DNA from: Nitrosopumilus sp.
Lineage (GTDB): Archaea > Thermoproteota > Nitrososphaeria > Nitrososphaerales > Nitrosopumilaceae
Assembly: GCA_965219345.1 (NCBI GenBank)
Contig: OZ244732.1
Location: 960,001 to 1,024,000 of the forward strand
Reading direction: 5' to 3'
Length of the DNA stretch: 64,000 nt
Below the pieces are notes generated by a model. The model saw only the letters and a program-made list of their open reading frames with translations. It had not been told where the DNA came from and made no database searches. Numbering within the stretch: position 1 is the stretch's first letter; each line of letters opens with the position of its first letter. This document shows, piece by piece, positions 51,530 through 61,300 of the stretch. Both the position numbers and the translations under genes were made by a program.

Positions 51530-52313
51530 TTCTCATCTTTGAGTGTCTTGACTGTAAAAAGAAATTCTCTACAAACTTTGGATTTGAAAATATGAGATAT
51601 GACTATACCGTCATAACAGGAGCTCTACAAATGTACTATTCAGGTATGAGTGTAAGAGACATTGAAAATCACTATGAAATGCTGGGAATTGAAGTAGACC
51701 ACAGTTCTATCATGATTGGATTTGTAAATATTCTATAATGGTTAGCAAGTATCCAAATGAGATAGTTCCTAGAACCAACGAAAGAGTAATGGTAAGAGCC
51801 GATGAGGTTTGGATTAAGGTAAATGGCAAACAGAATTATTTGTTTGCCTCAATGGAAGATGATAGTCGTCATTGGCTAGCTAGCGATATGGCAGATACAA
51901 AGTTTCAACACAATGCAGACAATCTATTAAAGCTCACAAAGGAAGCAATAGGCAGAAATCCAGTTTATTTTGTAACTGACGGATTACCAGCTTGTTGTAT
52001 GAAATCATCAAAGAAAGTGTTTGGAAAAAAGACACTTCATACTAGGCATATTCACATTCAAAAGGATATGAACAACAACAAAATGGAGAGGATGAACGGA
52101 GAAATCAGAGACAGAGAGAAAGTATTCAGAAGTCTTAAGAAGATTGATACACCTATCATTGATGGTATGAAAGCCTATTACAATTTCACAAAAAAACATG
52201 GTATATTGAAAGGAAAAACTCCAAGTGAGGAAGCCTTGATTAAAGTAGATGGGAAAAATAGATGGAAAGCTATCATTGAGAACGCTAGTCTTTACAGGGA
52301 GAATTCGGTCTGA
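51530..52313 (+). pseudogene. IS6-family transposase, frameshifted
   Basis: FECLDCKKKFSTNFGF and YYSGMSVRD lie upstream in another frame; ADEVWIK, VTDG and NNNKMERMNG in ORF 51738-52313. Confidence 0.85.
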
Positions 52314-52347
52314 TTTACCACTTGATAACCCAACAAAACCAAAGAAT

Positions 52348-55300
52348 ATGATTAATATAGCTATATTTTCTGAGAAATATGTGAATATTAATTACAAAAA
52401 CATATTGTGCCTTATGGCGCTGCTTTTTGTAGTGTATGGCACGACGACACTAACTGTATATGCTCAAACTGATAACCCACCGACAATCATCGCAGCTTCT
52501 GTGACCTCGACTACCGAGATAGTCCTGACGTACAGCGAGAACATAGAGGTCCCAACCACAAACGGCACGGGATTCGCCCTTTCCACCGGAGGAACGGTGA
52601 CGGCAAACACTGATCCCGCCGGCTCGGGCAACGTCATAACGCTTACCGTCTCCGGCATCACCAACACATCCGATACTCCGGCCATAACCTACACCGAATC
52701 ACTTGGCACCGTGGCAGACAGTGCATCAAACCAGGCGGCAGACCAGATCTTTGACCGCACAACCGATGACGCGCCGCCAACGGTATCTTCCATTGCAACT
52801 TCCGGCACATCAACAGTTGACGTCATACTGTCCGAAGACGTCATATACAACTTGGCAGCACCCGAAGATTTTGTGCTGTTTGTGCAGTCTGGCAACACGC
52901 TCACCTCCATGACTATAGGTGAAATCACGGCCGTTGACAACACGCTTACCCTTGACCATGACGCTACGCTTGCTAGTGATGATGTCATCAATCTGGAATA
53001 CAACAAAGCCACGGGCAGCATAGATGACATTATTCGTCCATCCTTTGTCGACTCTTTCTCAGTGGCATCACAAGAATTGTTCCCGCGAGATCTGGCCTTC
53101 TCCAACAACGGTACCAGGATGTTTGTTACGGGTGATGACGGCAATGACGTAAACGAGTACGCATTATCCGCCCCATTTGACATATCCCCCGCCACCTTTG
53201 TCGACTCTTTCTCGGTGGCAGATGAGGACCAAACCCCGATAGGCCTGGCCTTCTCTGCTAACGGAACCAGGATGTTTGTCGTGGGTGATGACAGCAATGA
53301 AGTATACCAGTACACACTAGCCGCCCCCTTTGACGTATCCAATGTCACCTCTGACAGCTCCTTCCTAGTGTCAACAGAAACGACATCCCCGCGGGGCCTG
53401 GCCTTCTCCAACGACGGAACAAAGATGTTTGTCCTGAGTTTCGCTGACAGTGTCGTATACCAGTACACACTAACCACCCCCTTTGACGTATCCACTGCCG
53501 TCTCTAGCTCCTTTTTCTCAGCGGCTTCACAGGACTCAATCCTAATTGGCCTGGCCTTCTCTGCCGACGGTACCAGGATGTTTGTTGCGGGTAGTCATAA
53601 CGATAAAGTATACCAGTACGCGCTGACTGCCGCCTTTGACGTAGGCACTGCCACCTTTGTCGACTCCTTCTCAGTACGTTCACAGGATGGCACCCCGCGG
53701 GGCCTGGCCTTCTCTGCTGACGGAGCAAGGATGTTTGTAGTGGGTGATGATAACGATAACATAAACGAGTACGCGCTGCCAAAACCATTTACGTTGTTCC
53801 CACAGCCAAACTCGCTTGCCAGCTTTACGGCAACCTTGGTCGAAAACAACATTCCATCAGATACGACCCCGCCAACAATCACCGCAGCTTCTGTGACCTC
53901 GGCTACCGAGATAACCCTGACATACAGCGAGAACATAGACGCCGACAGCACGGACGGCGCAGGATTCACCCTCTCCGTCGGACAAGTGACGGCAAACACC
54001 GATCCCGGAGGTTCGGGCAACACCATAACACTTACCGTCTCCGGCATCACCAACACATCCGATACTCCGGTCATAACCTATGCCGAATCACTTGGCACCG
54101 TGATAGACACCGCATCAAACCCGGCAGCAGACCAGACCTTTGACCACACAACCGATGACGCGCCGCCAACCGTGTCCTCCATTGCAACTGCCACGATGTC
54201 AATAATTGACATCGTGCTGTCCGAGAACGTCGCATACAACTCCGCGGCACCAGAAGACTTTGTGCTGTCTGGCACCATATCCCCAGACTCGGCCGTGACC
54301 GCAATCGCAGTCATTGCAGACACGGTCACCCTTTTCCTTGACGGCATGCTTGCTCATGATGATGTCATTAACCTGGCATACACCAGAACCACGGGCAGCA
54401 TAAATGACATTCCTTCTCCTCCGTCCTTTGTTGACTCTTTCTCCGTGTCCTCACAAGACGGAAGACCGCAGGGTCTGGCCTTCTCCAACGACGGAACAAA
54501 GATGTTTGTTGTGGGTGATGATAACGATGAGATAAACGAGTACACACTATCCATCCCCTTTGACGTATCCACCGCCACCTTTGTCGACTTTTTCCCAGCG
54601 GCTTCACAGGACTCATCCCCGCAGGGTCTGGCCTTCTCCAACGACGGAACCAAGATGTTTGTAGTGGGCAATATCGGCGATGAGATAAACGAGTACACAC
54701 TATCCATCCCCTTTGACGTATCCACCGCCACCTTTGTCGACTTTTTCCCAGTGGATTCACAGGATACAATACCGCGAGACATAGCCTTCTCCAACGACGG
54801 AACAAAGATGTTTGTTGTGGGCAATGACGACAATGACATAAACGAGTACACACTGTCCGCCCCCTTTGACGTATCCACCGCCACCTTTGTCGACTCTTTC
54901 CCAGTGGCATTACACGCATCATCCCCGCGGGGTCTGGCCTTCTCTGATGACGGACACGGGATGTTTGTTGTGGGTCACATCAATGTCGTAGTCAAGTACG
55001 AATTAACCGCCCCCTTTGACGTATCCACTGCCTCCCATGTCACCTCCTTCTCCGTGAAATCACAGGACGGCGTGCCATCGGGCCTGGCCTTCTCCAACGA
55101 TGGTACCAGGATGTTTGTTCTAGACAATGGCAACGATGCCGTACGCGAGTACGCGCTGTCGGATCCATTTACGTTGTTCCCACAGCCAAACTCGCTTGCC
55201 AGCTTTGCGGCAACCTTGGTCAAAAACAACATTGCACCACCAGATACGACCCCGCCAACAATCACCGCAGCTGCCGTGACCTCCCTTACCGAGATAGTCC

Positions 55301-58300
55301 TGACGTACAGCGAGAACATAGACGTCACAACCACGGACGGCCAGGGATTCACCCTCTCTGACGGGCAAGTGACGGCAAACACCGATCCCGCAGGTTCGGG
55401 CAACACCATAACCCTTACCGTCTCCGGCATCACCAACGCATCCGATGCTCCAAACGTGATTTACAACGCATCCGACGGCACCGTAGCAGACGGCGCATCA
55501 AACCAGGCAGCGAACCAGACATTTACCGATACGACCGACAGTACAGCTCCGACCGTGTCCTCCATTGGCACTGCCGGCATATCAACAATTGATATCGTGC
55601 TGTCCAAAAACGTCACAATAAACGGTGCGGCACCCGGAGACTTTGCGCTGTCCGGCACCATATCCACGGATCCGGCTGTAACTGGAATCACGGCCCTTAA
55701 CGACACGGTCACCCTTTCCCTTGACGATATGCTTGATGGCAATGATGTCATTAACCTGACATACGACAAGACCACGGGCAGCATAGATGACATTCCCGTC
55801 CCTCCGTCCTTTGTCACCTCCTTCCCGGTATCCTCGCAGGACTTGACCCCGCAGGGCCTGGCCTTATCCGCTGACGGAACAAGGATGTTTGTCTTGGGCA
55901 GCGGAGGCGGTGCCGTACACCAGCACACGTTGACTGCTCCCTTTGACTTGTCGACTGCCAGCTATGACAACATAGCGTTCTCAGTGACAGATCAGGAACC
56001 AGCCCCGCGGGACGTGGCCTTCTCCAACGACGGAACCAAGATGTTTGTCCTGGGTGACGGAAACAATGACATAAACGAGTACGCATTATCCGCCGCCTTT
56101 GACATATCCAATGTCGCCGGCACATCGGATGTCTCCAATGTCACCTCCTTCTCCGTGGCATCACAGGAATCATCCCCGCAGGGCCTGACCTTCTCTGCCG
56201 ACGGATCCAAGATGTTTGTAACGGGTTTTAACGGCGGTGACGTACTCCAGTACGCATTATCCGCCCCCTTTGACGTATCCACTGCCAGCTATGACAACAT
56301 CTCCTTCACGGTATCCCTCCAAGACTCAGACCCGCGGGACGTGGCCTTCTCTGCTGACGGATCCAAGATGTTTGTAGTGGGTTCCAGCAGTGACTCGGTT
56401 CACGAGTACACACTAACCGCCCCCTTTGACGTATCCACTGCCTCCCATGCCGACTCCTTCTCCGTGGAATCACAGGACGGCGCGCCATCGGGCCTGGCCT
56501 TCTCCGGTGACGGTACCAGGATGTTTGTCACGGGCGATGACAACGATGCCGTATACGAATACTCGGTATCCGAACCGTTTACTTTATTCCTACAGCCAAA
56601 CTCGCTTGCCAGCTTTGCGGCAACCCCGGTCAAAAACAACATTTCACCGTTTACAATCATTGCATCCTCCCTGACCTCGGCTACCGAGATAGTCCTTACG
56701 TATGACGAGAACATAGACGTCAACGCCACAGACGGCACCGGATTCTCCCTCTCCGTCGGGCAAGTGACGGCAAACTCCGATCCCGCCGGTTCGGACAACA
56801 CCATAACCCTTACCGTCTCCGGCATCGCCGCCGGCTCCGATACGCCGGATGTGACCTATACCGCATCCGACGGCACCGTGACGGACAATGAATCAAACCC
56901 GGCACCAGACCAGACCTTTATCGATACGACCGGCGGTACGACGCTGGCCGTGTCCTCCGCTGCAACTGCCGGCACATCAACAATTCACGTCACGCTGTCC
57001 GAAGACGTCACAATAAACGGTGCGGCACCCGGAGACTTTGCGCTGTCCGGCGACATATCCACAGACCCAACCGTGACCGGAATCGCCGCCATTGCCAACA
57101 CGGTCACCCTTTCCCTTGACGATACGCTTGATCATGACGATGCCATCAGCCTGACATACGACAAAACCACGGGCAGCATAGATTACATTCCTCTTCCGCC
57201 CTTTGCCGGCTCCTTCCCAGTAGATTCACAGGACAGGACCCCGGTAGGCCTGGCCTTCTCCAACGACGGAACAAAGATGTTCGTCACAGGCAGTCAAAAA
57301 GATAGGGTATACCAGTACGCGCTGACTGAACCGTTTGACGTATCTTCTGCCAGCTACAGTAGCAAGTCGTTCTCCGTGGAATCACAGGACGAAGATCCGC
57401 GGGGCCTGGCCTTCTCCAACGACGGAACAAAGATGTTTGTTTCGGGTGATGACGGCAATGACATAAACGAGTACGCGCTATCCGCCCCCTTTGACGTATC
57501 CACTGCCTCCCATGCCGACTCCTTCTCGGTATCCTCGCAGGACAATTCCGTGCGGGGCCTGGCCTTTTCTGCCAACGGAACAAAGATGTTTGTTGTGGGT
57601 GATGGCAACAATGCCGTATACCAGTACGCGCTGTCCGCCCCATTTGACGTATCGAATGTCACCGGCACATCGGATGTCTCCTTTGTCACCTCCTTCTCCG
57701 TGTCTTCACAGGAGAAATTCCCATTTGGCCTGGCCTTCTCCGATGACGGAACCAGGATGTTTGTAGTGGGTAATGACATAAACGAGTACATACTGTCCGC
57801 CCCCTTTGACGTATCCACTGCCCGCTTTGACAGATCCTTCCCGATAGATTCACAGGACTCGGAACAGACCGACCTGGCCTTCTCTGCTGACGGAACAAGG
57901 ATATTTGTAGTGGGTAATGGCAATGATTCCGTATACCAGTACGCGCTATCGGATCCATTTACGCTATCCCCACAGCCAGACTCGCTTGCCAGCTTTGCGG
58001 CAATTTCAGTTACAAACGACATTCCGGACACCACCCCGCCAGCAATCACCGCGGCCGCCGTGACCTCGGCTACCGAGATACTCCTGACGTACAGCGAGAA
58101 CATAGACGTCGCAACCACGGACGGCCAGGGATTCACCCTCTCTGACGGAGGAACGGTGACGGCAAACACCAATCCCGCCGGTACGGGCAACACCATAACC
58201 CTTACCGTCTCCGGCATCACAGCATCCGATGCTCCAGCTATAACCTATACCGCTCCACCTGGCTCCGTAGCAGACACCGCATCAAACCAGGCGGCAGACC

Positions 58301-61300
58301 AGACCTTTACTGGCACCACCCCGCTGCCGGATGATACCCCGCCAGCAATCACCGCGGCCGCCGTGACCTCGGCTACCGAGATACTCCTGACGTACAGCGA
58401 GAACATAGACGTCAGCACCACAAACGGCACGGGATTCTCCCTCTCTGACGGACAAGTGTCGGCAAACACCGATCCCGCCGGTACGGACAACACCATAACC
58501 CTTACCGTCTCCGACATTACCGACACATCCGATGCTCCGGCCATAACCTATACCGCTCCACCTGGCACCGTGACAGACACCGCGTCAAACCCTGCAGCAA
58601 ACCAGACCTTTACCGGCACAACCGATGACGCCCCCCCAACCGTGTCCTCCATTGGCACTGCCGGCATATCAACAATTGACATCGTGCTGTCCAAAAACGT
58701 CACAATAAACGGTGCGGCACCGGAAGACTTTGTGCTGTCTGGTAACATAACCGCAGACCCGGTCGTAACCGGAATCACCGCCGTTGCCAACACGGTCACC
58801 CTTTCCCTTGACGACACGCTTGATCATGACGATGACATCCTCCTGGCATACACCAGAACCACGGGCAGCATAGACGAAGGTCCTTTCGCCACCTTTGACA
58901 GCTCCCTCCCGGTGGCATCACAGGACATAATGCCGTTTGGCATAGCCTTCTCCAATGACGGTATGAGGATGTTTGTTTCGGGTGTCCATAACAGCGCCAT
59001 AAGCGAATACGCGCTAACCGCCCCCTTTGACGTATCCACTGCCACCTTTGACAGCTCCCTCTCGGTGGCCTCCGAGGATCTGACCCCACACGGCCTGACA
59101 TTCTCCAACGACGGTACCAGTATGTTTGTCGTAGGTTCCTTTGATCAGGACATAAACGAGTACGAATTAACCGCCCCCTTTGACATATCCGATGCCACCT
59201 TTGTTGATTCTCTCCCAATAGTCTCAAAAGACGCAGAGCCACAGGACCTGGCCTTCTCCAATGACGGTACCAGGCTGTTTGTCACGGGCAGTGACAACGA
59301 TGCCGTACACCAGTACGCGCTGGACACCGCCTTTGACATATCGACTGCCTCTGCTGCCTCCTCCAGTTTAATCTCTTTTTCGGTGGAATCACAGGACGAC
59401 TTCCCGATAGGCCTAACCTTCTCCAATGACGGATACGGGATGTTTGTAGTGGGCAGTACCGGCGGCAACGTACACCAGTACGCACTAACCGCCCCATTTG
59501 ACATATCGACTGCCTCCCATGCCGGCTCCTTCCAGCTAGGTTCCCAGGGCACATTACCCAGGGGCCTAACCTTCTCCGATGACGGATCCAGGATGTTTGT
59601 AGTGAGTGATGCCGTACACGGGTACGCCCTGTCCGAACCGTTCAAGCTGTTCTCACAGTCGGCCTCCCTTGCCAGCTTTGCGGCAACTATAGTTACAAAC
59701 AACATTCCGCCGGACACTATTCCGCCAGCAATCACCGCGGCTGCCGTGACCTCGGCTGCCAGCATAACCCTGACGTACAGCGAGGACATAGATGTCAGCA
59801 CCACAAACGGCATGGGATTCGCCCTTTCCACCACCGGAGGAACGGTAACGGCAAACACCGATCCCGCCGGTACGGACAACACCATAACCCTTACGATCTC
59901 CGGCATTACCGACACATCCGATACTCCGGATATAACCTACACCGCATCCGACGGCACCGTGGCAGACAACGCATCAAACCCGGCGGCAGACCAGACCTTT
60001 GCCGGCACAACCGATGACGCCCCCCCAACCGTGTCCTCCATTGCAACTTCCGGCACATCGACAAGTGCAATTGACATCATACTGTCCGAAGACGTTACAA
60101 TAAACGGTGCGGCACCCGGAGACTTTGTGCTGTCTGGTAACATAACCGCAGATCCGGTCGTGACCGGCATCACGGTTGCCGCCGCAGCTGCCGACACGGT
60201 CACCCTTTCCCTTGACGGCACGCTTGATCATGATGATGTCATCCTCCTGGCATACACCAGAACCACGGGCAGCATAGGTGACGGTCCTGCCGCCCACCTT
60301 GCCGGCTCCTTCCCGATAGACTTACAAGACTCATCCCCAATAGGCCTGGCCTTCTCTACTGACGGAACCAGGATGTTTGTCGTAGATCTCTCTGACAATG
60401 CCGTATACCAGTACGCATTAACCACCCACTTTGACGTATCGACTGCCACCTCTGTCACCTCCTTCTCCGTGTCCTCACAGGACATAAATCCGCGGGGCCT
60501 GACCTTCTCTGCCACCGGAACAAAGATGTTTGTTCTGGGCAGTGCCGGCGGCGGTAACGTACACCAGTACGCATTAGCCGCCCCATTTGACATATCCAAT
60601 GTCGCCGGCACATCGGATGTCTCCTTTGTCACCTCCTTCTCGATATCCTCACAGGACATAAATCCGCGGGACCTGGCCTTCTCTGCTGACGGAACCAGGA
60701 TGTTTGTCGCAGGCATTGGCAACAGTGCCGTATACCAGTACGCATTAACCGCCCCCTTTGACGTATCGTCTGCCAGCTTTGACGACACCTCCTTCCCGGT
60801 AGTCCGACAGGACAGAAACCCGACCGGCCTGGCCTTCTCTGCCAACGGAATGCAGATGTTTGTCACGGGCGATGACGGCAATGACATAAACGAGTACGCG
60901 CTGGACACCGCCTTTGACGTATCCGATGCCGACTTTGTCGGCTCCTTCTCTGTGGAATCACATGACTCATCCCCGGCAGGCCTGACCTTCTCCGGTGACG
61001 GAATGCAGATGTTTGTCGCAGGCAGTGACAGCAATGCCGTATACCGGTACGCGCTGCCCGAGCCGTTTATGCTATTCTCACAGCCAAACTCGCTTGCCAG
61101 CTTTGCGGCAACTACAGTTACAAACAACATTGCATCGCCATCGCCACCACCGGATGGCACTGATCCCCCAATAGATGATACCGTTCCACCGGAAATCACC
61201 GCGGCCGCCGTGACCTCGGCTACCGAGATACTCCTGACGTACAGCGAGGACATAGACGTCACAACCACAAACGGCGAAGGATTCACCCTCTCTGACGGAG

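Noticed and set aside
51480-52330. TIRs for the third IS6 remnant
   Set aside because: Candidate GGTT.../...AACC ends match too poorly to call
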